A stretch of 63,549 nt of DNA, filler included, from Moniliella sp. 'wahieum' (GCA_003971905.1; 3 parts of 3 records of this genome joined end to end with filler, not necessarily neighbours in it), one strand, 5' to 3'; positions 11,671 to 23,941 are shown, counted from the first letter of the whole stretch. The notes: generated from the sequence alone by a model not told the origin. Numbers and translations: made by a program.

Positions 11671-14600
11671 GAGGGAGAGAGAGGCGGATGAGAGGGGGGC
11701 AGAGAGGGTGGGTGGTGGTGGGAAGGCAGAAGACGGGGCAGACACGCCATCTAATACGCCGCCCCGCACCCTCCCCGCCGCCGGGGCTGCCGGGGGGCTG
11801 GGGGAGCGGTGAGTGTGCAGAGGGTGATGGTGTGCATCGCCCGGTGCGCTGCTTTCAGCTTTCACGAAAAAAGAGCCAGCCGGCTCGGCCTCGCCTCGCA
11901 CAGCAGGGCACGGCAGGGCACTGCTCCCGCTCCCCGCGCTTGGGCTGTCCTGCATCCTGAGCTGCGTGTGCGCTGTGCTGCGTCGCCCGCTTTTTTCAGA
12001 AGCGCCGCCGCACCACTGCCCCCCTGCGCTATTTGTAATGCATCACTCAGCACACTGCCCGCCGGCTTGGCACCTGCCCACCCCGCGCGAGCCGGTCCCA
12101 CCCGCACCAGCCGCCTCAGCCGGCTACGTCCGGCCCAGCCACCCGGACCGCATTCAACCCTGCATCATGCATCTGCATCATGCATCATGGCATCATCCCT
12201 CCTGCCTAGCGCTTGTCTTTTTCCAATTGGGTCGTGCTAATGCATTGGGATTGGTTAATGGCGCAGGTAAGCGCGCAAGCTATCCTTCGCGCAAACGTTA
12301 AACGTTAAATGCCATCCCGAGGCGGACGGGCTTAGAACGCCTCACCGGTCTACCCGCCCCCCCCCTCCCGTTCAGACCGTCCTCCCTCGCCCGCTTTGTA
12401 TCCCTCGGCTCTTCTCGTCCGGGGAGGACACCAACGCTGGATGATGCACTGCGACGGGTGACGTGGCCACTCCTGTGGCTACTGGCGGTCCGGATGGGCC
12501 GGCATGCCGTGCTGGGAGACCTATAGCTGACAGCGTCCGAATGCCTATCTCAATGTTATATTAGAATCCCGAACGGGGTGTGCACCACTGTTTTACATCA
12601 GCATTGCGTAAGCCACCGGTGGCGCAGCCACCGGGGGCGCCGCCAGCCACGCCAACCAGCACGTATCGGTGATATGTTTTCCAGCGTGGATGGGTTCCAG
12701 CTTGGAACGGTGGCTACGGTGGCGATGATGGGCCAGGGGAACGGTGGCTAAGGTGGCGACGGGGGAACGGTGGCTAAGGTGGCGACACAGCAGACCGGGC
12801 CGTAGGCCCGGTGGTCTTCTCGTAGTACTAACGACCCAAAGACCCACAGTTGTCCACAAGGACTGGTGGGGCAGGCGCACTGGAGTGATGCTACTATGGG
12901 CAACACCAAATAGCAGCAGGTTGTGCTTCTACTCAACACACACACCATTGACGTCGGTGCCTGTTTTGGCCTCTTTTGTCCATCACCATCACCTTTCCAC
13001 CCCACACCACCTATTAGGACATGTACCAACCAACCCAAGTCTCTCCAGCTTCGCTGTCGCCCGCGCGCCTGAAGGCCGGTCCAAGTGCACCTGCGACGAC
13101 GGGAATGGCACACAGCGCCGACAGTGGAGACCAAGTTGAACATGCTTCTCAGGAAGGTACAGGAACACGGCTGTAGGCCTTAGTACTAGACGATCACACA
13201 GATCATAAACTAGTAGTAGTAGTTAGTGCGTGACGCTCCAGCGCCCCTGTCCCCTGTTGGGTGTGAGGAAGAAAGGGAGCGTGGTGCATACATGGTTCGA
13301 TTGTCCGGACCACACCATAAACGCCAAATGAAACTACTGTTCACTTACGATGAGGCGGACCGTCCTCCCCGCTTTGCCCAAAAGGGTCGCGTGGGACGCC
13401 GACAAAAGAATTTTTACGGCCCATGCTTGACGGGTTAAGCCGTATGGTGGTGGATTGTACCCACAGTCACTAGTCAGGAGAAAGTCGACACAAAGTGTGG
13501 TCACGAAATGATCATACTCTACTAGTCTTTAGCAAAGCACGCAGGTAGAGTTGGGCTGCGCCAGTCTACTCGGCATGTTCAATGCGCTGGAAAGAATGGA
13601 GGGTGCAGCCCCATGTTTACTTCACTGCATCAACCAGAGAGTGCAGTAGAACTAGTAGTCTTTCGCTCGTATCTTAATGGCTCTGAGATCGGACGCGGGA
13701 TAGACCCGATGTGAAGGGTGAAGATCTGTGTGGGTGTATCTCGTCACGATAGCAAATCGAGCGAAAGGTTGGCCTGATGGGAGGTTACTGCACCTTCAAC
13801 ACCTTCAATTATGGTGAGGAGAACAACGCACAGGTGTGATCGATGCGAGTTTTCTTCTCGGACAAGAGGGCCATTGAGGGTCATGTATCGAATTTATCCT
13901 TGATCCTCCCCGGCGTTGATCCATTCAAATGCCTTTTTTCAGATGTGAGGACAAACACGGTCTACATTGGAGTTGGGCTGCAGGCGGGGAACGCGAGTAG
14001 CGTACCAGGGCAAAGCGGAGGCGGCGGATATCCAGATACTTTGAGGGAACTGACATGCATGACAGGATGACATGATGACAGGTGACGACATGGCGTCAGC
14101 GCCATGTCCCTCTCGTCCAGGGGAAGGAGAAATGAGCAGCAGCGGAATAGCGTGGCTGTGGGAGGGAAGAAGAAGACAGATTTTACCCGTTAAGCTTCTA
14201 TTACAAACAATTGGTTTCATCAGTTTGTTTCTTCACAGTTTGTGGTTCGTCTGGGTAGTGGGTGGCGTCCGGACGGAGTGGTTGGCTCTTGTGCGGGGGT
14301 GGGACGAGGGATGGGACGTGCGACCTTGTGGGGATGGGGGTGTGGACGGGGTGGCGAAAAGAAAGGACACGTCGCCACAGTGAGTAGCTAGCGAGCGCAG
14401 GCGAGTGCCGTTTCGTATGAAATGCCCATCGCATGCATGATGCATGATGTCATGGGGGATGGAGTGGGAAATCAGATGCATCTGATGGAGGCTTGGCGGG
14501 TGGGCTTGGCCGAAGCGTGATCAACTCAGCTGAGCAGCGCCCACCCGTGACGCAGTCAGTACATAGTCATCGATCATCCTGACGGCTGTCACCGATGTGG

Positions 14601-14875
14601 TCGCATCTGATAACCAGTAAGAGATGCACGCAGCCCAGCTGATAATTAATTTGCCCACCCATTCTTCGCGTCGGGAATCATTTCTCGCTGCTGATCCGCC
14701 GGGTGTGGTCCTCTGGCTGCGCAGATGCCATCGGCTTTGGCGTTACTCCGGTAGTCTTCCGCCTACGGCCTGCGTCCTGTTGGTCTTCCTTCCTGCCACC
14801 ACCTTTCTCTCCTCCCCTCCCCATCCCCATCTCCATCTCCATCCATCCCCATCCCATCCATCTCCATCCCCCACC

Positions 14876-16606
14876 ATGGCTGCTGCTGGACGCGTGTCTG
14901 CTCGGAGCTCGACGCTGTCCTCTCCCCTCCCGCGGGGGTACGGACGATTGCCGTGCTGGCGCCTCGTACGCCGGCCACCGGGCCGTGCAGGTGCTTGCGC
15001 CCTCGCTCCCACCGCACTGGCGCCTCGTTGTGCTGGAGCGCAACACCCATGCCCCACACCTCTACGCCCTGCCGCGCATGACCGTCGTCACTGGCCACGA
15101 GCGCAAAGTCTTCATCCCGTACGACCGGCTGTTTGCCTCTGCCTCCACCTTGATCCCGCCGTCGCAGGGCGGCCACGCTTGGTCCAAGCTTGCATCAGCT
15201 CGGTCGATGTGGCCCAGAACCGGGTCGGGTTCCGTCCGCTCGATGCCACCGGTGCCACGGGCCAGGAACGATGGTTGCAAGGGACTACATTGTGTATGCG
15301 CTGGGCTCGGACTTGCCCAGCCCGATCAACTCTGGTCTCCCGTCTCGGTCTCCGTCTCGGTCTCCGTCTCGGTCCCCGTCTCGGTCTGACTCGGACGGAG
15401 CGGCGTACAATGGCAGCAAACGCAGTGGCATTGCGTTTTTGAGCAAGCGCAACGCGCCATCCAGGACGCTGGTTCGGTCTTGGTCATTGGCGGGGCGCAT
15501 TGGGCGTCCAACTGGCCGGGGACATCGCCGAGCGCTTCCCGAACAAACAGGTCACCCTGACCCAGCCGTACCTACTGCCTCGCTTCCATTCGTGGATGCA
15601 CACCCAGGCCAGCCAAACGCTCGAAGCGTTGGGCGTCAAGCTCGTCCTTGGATCTAGGGTCGACTCCGCTCGCTCACGCCTACCTCCAAGTCCATTCGGT
15701 TGGAGAACGGACAAGAACTGCAGGCTGATCTGATTGTACGTCCACCTCCGCTTGCCTTGCCTTGCCTGCCTTGCCTCCCCTCCTCTTCGCTTTGCGGTGG
15801 GTCGGTGCGTGTGCGTGTGCACGGTAGAGCGTGTTCTGTCGTCCTGACATACCTTTTTCTTTGTAGCTCTCCTGTCTTGGGCAAAAGCCAACACGCACTT
15901 CCTCCCGGCCGACACGATCAGTTCTTCGGGCATGGCAGTGGTGCAGCCCACGATGCAGCTGCAAGGCTACCCACATGTATTTGTCATTGGCGATGTAGCC
16001 GATGCGTTTGGCGCGATCAACGCCGGCCACACGGCCTGGGACCAAGCAACCGTCGCAGGAGAGAACCTCCTCAGCTTGATCGCCAACCAAACTGACGACC
16101 AGAAACCGTCGGGCTCGGCTAGCACACCTCTCCCTCTTGATCGTGCTACCAGGACAACCAAGCTGTGGACTGCCACGCCCACTCCCACTCCCACTGCCAC
16201 GACTGCTACCACCACGACTGCTACCACCACGACTACAGCCCCCTCCTCGGCCACCGCTGCACCCCCGCCTACAACAGAGTCAAAAGATACATGCACATGT
16301 AGCGGATGCGACTGCGTGCTAGCGCCCGAAGAACAAGGCAGTAGTCCTATCTCCCGTTCGCCGCCAGCACTGCACCCACCTTGCCCGACCGCGAACGCGA
16401 ACGCGAAGGTGCGAAGGTGGACGTGCGCGGGAACTCAAGCAGTACCAGCCCACGCCGCGGCCATCAAGGTATCTCTTGGTCTGAGCCGGTCCATTCGCCA
16501 AACCCAGGCGGGACAGTTGATCGCAGGCGAGGGCGGCGCCGAGGACCTCAATGCCTTGAGCATGTGGACCCGCAGGGGAATCCCCACGGACAACTTGGAT
16601 CTCTGA
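14876..16606 (+). CDS. AIF/AMID (FSP1)-like FAD/NAD(P)H pyridine nucleotide-disulfide oxidoreductase, frameshifted
   Basis: GASYAGHRAVQVL...LVVLERNTH...LYALPRM; DYIVYALGS; second Rossmann motif (VIGGGALGVQLAGDIAERFPNKQVTL, across an indel); VQPTMQLQGYPHVFVIGDVADAFGAINAGHTAWDQA; AIKVSLGL; intron about 15736-15866 (GTACGT..CTGAC..TAG). Confidence 0.85.
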
Positions 16607-17941
16607 TGGGATGCAGCGTACGCTTACCCCCCCTGTTCCTCGGGGTAGGTATGGGCAAGGAGACGAGCACGGGCACGGGGACGCACGCGGGTCAAGGTAC
16701 AGGGTACGGGGTACGCGGTACGCGGTACGAGGTACACGTTACGAGGTACGGAGGGGTACGGCTTCTCTGTCCTGTCCTCCTCCTACCCTACCCCTATTCG
16801 ATTGTTTTTTTCGCATTGAACCATTATCTGTCTTCTCGCATGGACTGCAGTGGGCGGCACATGTCCTGTTCTCGTCCTGTTCTCTGGTCCACAAAGATCC
16901 GCTTCCTCCCTCCCCTTTCCCCCGCCTCATTTCCCTTCAATCCACACGCTTTCCTTCATGTCCTCGTAGCATTGTCCGACCTGGTTCGGCCTGTTGGGAA
17001 AGGTGGGCGGCGCGACACAGGTACCACAGGGTAGTCCCACTGACACGAGCTGGGGCTCGCATGGCGCGGGTCCTTTGGTTCCTTTCCTTCCCTCGTCTCA
17101 GCATGTGACATGTGAGTGAAGCCAAGACCGGAACGGTGGGCGTACACCGTTGTCCATGTGAGGTCACGCCCAGCGCCCATTCTTCCTTCTCCTTGGGCAA
17201 CCAGGATCGCTTGGGGTTGCCGTCGCATCCGCAGCTTCCGTAGCGGCAACAGCAACCGATTCTCACCACGTACACTGGCTCCTCCCACCCGCGCAGCTGG
17301 GTGAGAGCTGGGTGAGAGCAGGGCGGTCGATGGCGATCATCTACCTGGTCGTCAATATGGTGTCTGCACGACCCCGCCTTCCTACCATCGCTGATCGCAG
17401 GCACACGTACTATGGCCTGATATGGGCCAAGAGCGGCAGCTGCGGGGTCGGGGTCTACGGTGAAATGAATGTGGAACAGAACACCCTGCGTTACAACGAC
17501 GTTGACGGTACCAGCACCTTTCCTGACCAAGACTCGACGCTCAGCAGACAACAATGCACAAGGAACCCAAGAAACCGAGAGAAGAGGCCAATTAAGATAC
17601 GTATACCCGTAGTATGAGAAGCGAGATGCGCGATATACAAAGCCCAACAGTTCCAGTTCAATGGGAAACCAAAACAAAACACAAGAGACAGAGACACCAA
17701 CAAGAAATGACATGGCATAGTGTACAAGAAAGAATGCAGAGACGGGGACGTGGAAAGCACAGCCAAAGCCAAAGCCAAAGCCAAATTCGAACGCCGGTGC
17801 GAACAGGCGTGCAAAAGCAAAAGGAGTGCGGTTGGGGGAGGCGCGAAAAGTCCCGTGGGTGTATATTAGGGAGAGACGGGGCCAATGCGCATCCGGGAAA
17901 GGGGTGCTAGATAAGCAATAGCGCAAGGGGAAGAACCCAGT

Positions 17942-17972
17942 TCAGAGGTCAGGGTTCAGAGTTCAGAGTTCA
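17942..17972. repeat. 7-bp-period TCA-N4 array
   Basis: TCA at 17942, 17949, 17956, 17963, 17970; spacers GAGG, GGGT, GAGT, GAGT. Confidence 0.88.
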
Positions 17973-18090
17973 GTACCCCAACCGGCCGTCGGGGGCAAAG
18001 CCCAATGCAGAGTAGGCCAGACGAGGTTTCGCTTCGCATGTCCATTCAGGTCCAGTGGCAAAGGAGGCAGTAGGTCCATGTACAGGACCA

Positions 18091-18226
18091 CGCAGTGCAT
18101 AAACCAGGGTTTTTTCGGGCCAAGTCCATCTTGGCGCGCAGGATCACCCCTAACCTAACCAGCACTCGCAGTGCGTAAACGAAGGTTTTTTCGGGCCAAG
18201 TCCATCTTGGCGCGCTGGATAACCCG
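18091..18226. repeat. Imperfect tandem duplication, 76-bp period
   Basis: CGCAGTGC(A/G)TAAAC..GGTTTTTTCGGGCCAAGTCCATCTTGGCGCGC(A/T)GGAT at 18091 and 18167, separated by CCCTAACCTAACC. Confidence 0.9.
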
Positions 18227-19550
18227 CAACCGTTCAACAGGGGAGGGGGGTACAGTCGCATAGTACCCCGATTCGACAACTGGTTTTTTAACGCTTTTTT
18301 TCGTGACCGGAAAAGGCCAGGGCAAACCCAGCAAACCCCCAAATTCAAATCATCGTCTTGACGATTCTTCACGACCACCCACCCAAACCACCACCACGCA
18401 CGGCAACCGCCTACTAGCCACCTTTCGTTTCGGTTCGGCAGTCGGACAAAACATATGCCGCACGTAGCGTAGCACCTGGGCACCCATCACCATTTCTTGC
18501 TCATGCTAAAGCGAGCCAGCACTCCCGCTGCTCCCCTTGCGCACGCCGTACGTTCCAAAGTTCATGTACCGAGACAAGTGTTGTCCCAGCCAATGTGTTC
18601 AAACCTTGCCCGTCTTGCTTAATCGTCCCAACCAAACGCAGGTTGTGGCCCCACGCGAGGGACGGGACGAGGGGTGAGTTGTCTTGCCCGTGGGAGCGCC
18701 GACAGGAGGGGCGGACAAAGTACCCAACTCCTCACCCCGTACCCGCGTGGAACCACCACCTGGCCCCGACCGCCTTGACAAGAGCCGGTGCCCGCTCTTG
18801 TCCTGGCCGTGGGAGGGGTGCATGTGCATCGACGGGTGTCGTGCTCCACGCATGCAGCCCCGTGGGCGCCACGGCCAGGAGACAAACGCGTGGAGAGGGG
18901 CGCCTGGGCTGGGCAGTGGGTGGGGGAAAGAGGGAGGAAGGCAAGTGCTGGACGGGTGTTTTATACCCCGTCCGCCCAGTGCCCACCGGCCACTGGCCAA
19001 CCACCAGGCCACGCAAGCGGGTGGGCAGCAGGCACCCACTAATCAGCCCACACTGCCTGCACAGTGCCTGTACCCACAGCACTAGGGTTGTGGGCACGTC
19101 CACCCACCTTATGTAATTGTGCACCACCCCGCGGAGATTAACTCTACGTGCGAGACAAAATTCTAGTTGGTTCAGTCGGTCCGCAATGGCAGCAAGTGTC
19201 CTACCGGTGGATCTTGCTTGACTGAGGCTCTTCCTCTCTGGTCTCGGCCTGCTCGCCCCATCCACCCCCACTTGCGCCACGGCCCCTGCTAACAGTGCCT
19301 CCCCACCTCCTTTCCAACACATACATCCCGCGTGTGTGTGTTTGCACGCAAGAAGCCCCCCAACGATCAGTGCCAGGCCGGCTTTGCTATCCTCTGCCAC
19401 ACACGTCTCTTTCTCCTCACTAGTCACTTGCTCTCCACAACCAACAAACGCCTGCGTGCGGTCCAGTGTGCCATTCATTGCATCCGCACCCTGAGCATCG
19501 GGCGGGGATTCCCATAGAATATGCCGCGTAGTACGAACAGCACCTTTACT

Positions 19551-20849
19551 TTACTTGGCCTCGGCCGCAGCCGCCCGGGCCGCGCGCTTGTCCAACTTCT
19601 TAAACACATACTCGTACTCTGCCACGCCCGTCACACGCACCTTGTTCTGGGTCAAGGCGAGTGCGGCGTGCTCGAGCCAAGCAGGGTCCTTCATCATCCC
19701 GCGCCCAACAAAGATCAGTTGAGCTTGCTTCTTCTCCAACACTTGTTCTGCCACGTCGCCCGGGAACGCGCCGCCTTCCAACAAGCCCACGCTGCCCACG
19801 ACGAGTTTGTCCGCCTTGCCCGTTTCGGCGAGCTTCTTGCTTGCCGCCTCGGCCAAGTACGCCTGGTAGCCCGGGCCAGAAGCAAAGGAGTAAACGGGCA
19901 ACTTTTGGCGCGGGGTGTTACCGCCAGCTGACACGTCCATTACGTCTACCCCTGCATCCGCGAGGATCGGCGCGAGCGCCGCGGAATCTTCTGATGTCCA
20001 GGACGCTTCGTCCAGCTCCTCGGCATAGTCTGTACCGTTAACGCGGACCCAGACGCTCTTGGTCGGGTACTTGGTCCGGATCTCCGTGACAATCTCCAAC
20101 AGGAGCCGAATACGGTTTTCGTAGCTGCCGCCGTACTGGTCGGTACGCTTGTTGCTCAAGGGAGAAAGGAAGGAGGAGAGAAGGTACCCATGAGCCGAGT
20201 GGACTTCAATAAAGTCGTATCCCGCTGCGAACGCGCGGTCAGCTGCGTCGAGCCAAGCTTGCTTCACCTCTGCCACACCTTGCAGCGACAGCGGCTTGGG
20301 CTGAATCCAGTCGGGTGCATAGGCCACATCGGAAGGGCCTACCACATTATCTTCCCACCCGCCTTCGGCGTTGGTAGGGTACACACTGTTGGACGTGGGC
20401 CCTGCCCAGGTAGGTGCCCAGCAGCTGGCTTTCCGACCGGCATGGGCCAACTGCACACCGACCGTGACAGAAGGCGAAAGTTGCTTGAGCGTGCGGACCA
20501 AACTCGCATGACCCTCCACATGCTCGTCCTTCCACAGGCCTAGATCTTGCGGCGAAATGCGGCCGCGGGCCTCGACAGCAGTCGCCTCGACCACGATAGC
20601 GCCCACACCATGCACGGCAAAGGACCCGAGGTGGACCAGCTGCCACGGCGAGACAAAGCCGTCGGAACCAGAGTACATGCACAGCGGGGCGACGACGCTA
20701 CGGTTGCGCAGGGTCAAGCCCGAGTGCGGAAGCTGGATCGGACGCAGGAGCAACGGCGCTTGCTCCGGCTGCTCCTGCACCGTGCCGGGCACAGGATGGC
20801 CGGCGTACGACAGGCCAAAGTCAGAGTTCTTGATGGCGATCGAGGACAT
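19551..20849 (-). CDS. NADH:flavin oxidoreductase / Old Yellow Enzyme, YqjM-like class
   Basis: Intact intronless ORF from ATG 20849; LRNRSVVAPLCMYS (YqjM-type C-x-Y), EATAV..GRISP.DLGLW, QLAHAGRKAS, IEVHSAHGYLLSSFLSPLSNKRTDQYGGSYENR. Confidence 0.95.
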   Translation of the reverse strand: MSSIAIKNSDFGLSYAGHPVPGTVQEQPEQAPLLLRPIQLPHSGLTLRNRSVVAPLCMYSGSDGFVSPWQLVHLGSFAVHGVGAIVVEATAVEARGRISPQDLGLWKDEHVEGHASLVRTLKQLSPSVTVGVQLAHAGRKASCWAPTWAGPTSNSVYPTNAEGGWEDNVVGPSDVAYAPDWIQPKPLSLQGVAEVKQAWLDAADRAFAAGYDFIEVHSAHGYLLSSFLSPLSNKRTDQYGGSYENRIRLLLEIVTEIRTKYPTKSVWVRVNGTDYAEELDEASWTSEDSAALAPILADAGVDVMDVSAGGNTPRQKLPVYSFASGPGYQAYLAEAASKKLAETGKADKLVVGSVGLLEGGAFPGDVAEQVLEKKQAQLIFVGRGMMKDPAWLEHAALALTQNKVRVTGVAEYEYVFKKLDKRAARAAAAEAK

Positions 20850-20986
20850 GAGGTGGAGGTGCACTAGGGGCGGTAGTTGGAAGGGAGGAGGAGCGGGGAA
20901 GCAGGCAGGTGGGATGGGCGTATGAACGTTCGAATGCTGAGCAAAGAGGAACGTGGACCTTAAGTACCGCGGGAGCGGTTGTGGCT

Positions 20987-21086
20987 NNNNNNNNNNNNNN
21001 NNNNNNNNNNNNNNNNNNNNNNNNNNNNNNTTAATTAATTAANNNNNNNNNNNNNNNNNNNNNNNNNNNNNNNNNNNNNNNNNNNN
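20987..21086. other. Artificial contig-joining spacer (N44-TTAATTAATTAA-N44)
   Basis: Exactly 100 nt; the linker places stops in all six frames; identical copy at 43081-43180. Confidence 0.97.
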
Positions 21087-21573
21087 TTTTCAAACAAGGT
21101 GGGGGCCGATTTCAAATTGAAAATCACCAATTGATGCTGACAACATTATTCTAGGTGTTGGAAATGGGGGTCGCAAAACAAGTGGTGGAGGAGTGGGTAG
21201 CAGTGGAGATGGCAGTGGGGCGGGAGTAAAGGTGGTAGTGGAGGTGGGAGTGGGGTGGAAGTGGGGTGGGAGGGCTGGCGTGTGCGTTGGAGGCGGCGGC
21301 GGCGCGGTGGGGTGTGCAGTGACAGTGGCGGTGGCGGTGGCAGTGCTGGGTAAGTGATGCGAGCAGCAGCACCTTCTGATGGTCAGAGCGTTGGTCAGCA
21401 CGGTCAGCGGTCAGCCGGTCACCGGCCAGGGCCTGTCGGCCCGCCGGCCCGGCCCAGAGCTTGTACAATTTTCACCAACCGGGCTCGCTGGTTTTCACCT
21501 AGTGGTTTTCAAACAAGGTGGGGGCCGATTTCAAATTGAAAATCACCAATTGATGCTGACAACATATGTCTAG
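21087..21573. mobile_element. 419-bp repeat unit with LTR-like TGTTG...CAACA termini, preceded in tandem by the end of a second copy
   Basis: 21087-21146 is identical to 21506-21565; TGTTG at 21156-21160, CAACA at 21560-21564; CTAG in register at 21151 and 21570; contig breaks inside the repeat. Confidence 0.55.
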
Positions 21574-22972
21574 CCCTTCCACCACTCTGCGTTGTGGCGC
21601 CTCTTCCGCTCCGTTCTGCACCACTGCGCCCCTGGGAGCCAGTGGCGACGGCCCATGGCGACGGCAGACAAAACGGACTCATCCCCCGACTATGGGTTGA
21701 AAAGGCGGTGTGCGCATACAGCGGCGTAAGCACAAGGGGCGAGGCCGAACAGGAGCTGGAGGGAGCTGGGAGCGAGAGTATACACGGGGGACGCATCGAC
21801 GCGACGTGGTCTGTGCTGCGATTGGCTCAGACACTCGCCCAGTGCGGCGGGCGCTCCGCGCGGCTGCGAACGGGCCACGTGACACAAATTGTGGCTGAGC
21901 AGCGCTGCGCCGCCACCGCTAACCCGCCCGCAGTTGTGCGGCACCACCACCATCACCACCTACACCCTTTTCTGCGGCCATCCCATCCCTGGCGCAGCCC
22001 ATCCACTCCCTGTGGTTCCCTCCTTCTCGTGCGTGACTGCGTACCGAACGATTGCCGGCCGCCCATCCGACGTGCGGCCAGGGCAAGTCGACGCTGGTGT
22101 GGCTGGTGCCAGCGCGCATGAGGCCGTCTGAGATTTGCGAGTGATCGGACGTATGCACCGCTGCACGTGCATCTTCCCAAGGGCTGGTGTTGGTGGCTGC
22201 AGTTGCTTCCCAGCCGGATGCGGGTGAGGCGGCGAGGGCCGCAGCCTGAGGTTGATTGCTGTGCGTCGGGCCCTGCTGGATAACCAAGACGCCTCACTTC
22301 AAGGTGAGCCACGTTGGGGGAGGGAAGAGCACACCAGCATAGTCTGGGCGCTCTATGTTCAAGAGGAGATGCCCGCATCCACCAGTCCGAGGGGAAGCGA
22401 TCACACTAAGAAAGTGTGCAATATGTGCACCATTGCTCCCGTTTCCTGACCAAATGTGCCACCATTCAGATCTCCTCGTGCGTCTTGGGCCGTCGTGTTT
22501 GCGATGCCAGCAATGCCGTTTTCTTGTACCCCCTCAATTACCGCGCCACGGCGGAGGATTGTAGTGGTCCAAAATTGAGGTCTTCAGCTAATGAGTTCGT
22601 TTGGGTTGTGTACTAATAGCAGGGAACGCGGTGGGCGATGGGTGCTGTTTGCTCGAGCAATTTCGCTTCCATCCGTGAGCCGAAGGAACGAGGGTCAGTT
22701 CGCTACATATGCCTATCGTGTCATCTGCCAGTGTACATAGTGTGGCACTATCGTTGGCAGGGAAAAGCAAAGAGAGATGACGCAAGCGAGATCATCATTT
22801 TGGTATGCACTGGAACATAGGAGGATGGAGACATGCTCTGCAGAGATGATGTGCGTCTGTTTGTCCATCATTCTTGCCGCCGCTGACAGTTTTGCTAGCA
22901 CAACACCCGCCCCCCCAAAAGCCATATATGTCCAAGATCCTAGCCGCCATGTGCGGTTGAATACGTCCCAGG

Positions 22973-23941
22973 TTACTTTTTGTTCTTTAACACCCAGCGT
23001 CGTTCCAGCTCCTGGCACCGCTTGGCCGCGGACCAGTCTGGGTACTGGTTACAAATCTGGGGGATCTCCGTTTTGGCAAACAGATTAAAGGGGCGTTTGA
23101 ATACGCTGACGGGACCGACAGTCTTGCTTTTCTTCCAAACCCGATCCACCTTCTTCATCGTAGTTTCCATGGACCACTCTGGATTCTCTCGAAACAATAC
23201 AGGAAATAGGATCGCAACCATATCGCGATACTCCCGAACAGCATAGGGCTTCTGCTTAACCGCGCCCAAGTTCTTCCATTGCATCAGGATATGCTTTCTC
23301 CTCTGCGAGGGAAGCAACTCAATCAAGGGCTGGTCCGGGTGTTCGCTTTCCTTCTGCTCTTGGCGAATCAGCATGGCTTTCTCCTGCTCTTCTTCAAACA
23401 AGATGAACCCAGGTTCGTTCGCCGTCACTTGATCCTCCCACATGGCCCGCTTGTACCTGCCACCGTCGCGCTCCTTCTGCCATCACGGCGCACTTGCCGG
23501 GGAATCTGCCATGGAGTTTGCTTTCTCGCATTACATCGGGCGTAATCAGCTGGGTATTGTTGGTAGTGTAGATGCTCCGCGCCGGTGTACACTTCTTCTT
23601 CCTCTTGGCTTGTTTCTTCTTCTGAGTGGGCAGCGGAGCGGATGCAGGTGCAGGGCGGAAGCTGGAGTAGAGGCCGGAGTGGAGGCTAGAGCGGAGGCAA
23701 GGACCGGGTCAGGAGCGGAGACAGGAGCTGGTCGCGTCCTGGCGCGGTGGGCCGTCGGCGGAGTGAAGGGCTTGATCGGAAAGATCCCTACGCGGAGGAC
23801 CTTGCGTCCGCCGCGCCGACCCTGCAGTGGTTGTGCAGCCGTGTGGAGCGCGTGGAGGCAAATGAGGGGTGCGGTGGCGGAGAGAAGGGTCCGAGGGCGC
23901 ACGAGCGGTAAGGCGGCCCGCAGCGCCAGGACGAGGACCAT
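22973..23941 (-). CDS. Probable mitochondrial protein with tandem degenerate HMG-box-like repeats (Abf2/TFAM-like architecture), frameshifted
   Basis: TATATATA near 24024-24031; ATG 23941 with Arg/Ala/Leu-rich, acid-free presequence MVLVLALRAALPLVRPRTLLSATAP; HMG-like segments PGFILF...RRKHILMQWKNLGAVKQKPY, RENPEWSMETTMKKVDRVWK, RPFNLFAK...YPDWSAAKRCQELERRW. Confidence 0.55.

Noticed and set aside
12704..12786. Three copies of GGAACGGTGGCTA(A/C)GGTGGCGA
   Set aside because: Short local minisatellite with no termini, ORF or other copies in the window.
17200..17617. Possible small multi-exon gene (AIIYLVVN..HTYYGLIWAKSGSCG..)
   Set aside because: Intron-like signals exist but no consistent start, frame or family could be built.
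19500..19553. Cryptic peroxisomal targeting of the OYE by stop readthrough
   Set aside because: Stop is TAA, not the TGA-CTA context, and no PTS1 follows in frame nearby.
21031..21042. Palindromic TTAATTAATTAA inside N-runs (also 43125-43136)
   Set aside because: Synthetic six-frame-stop linker, not biological; gene adjacency across it is meaningless.
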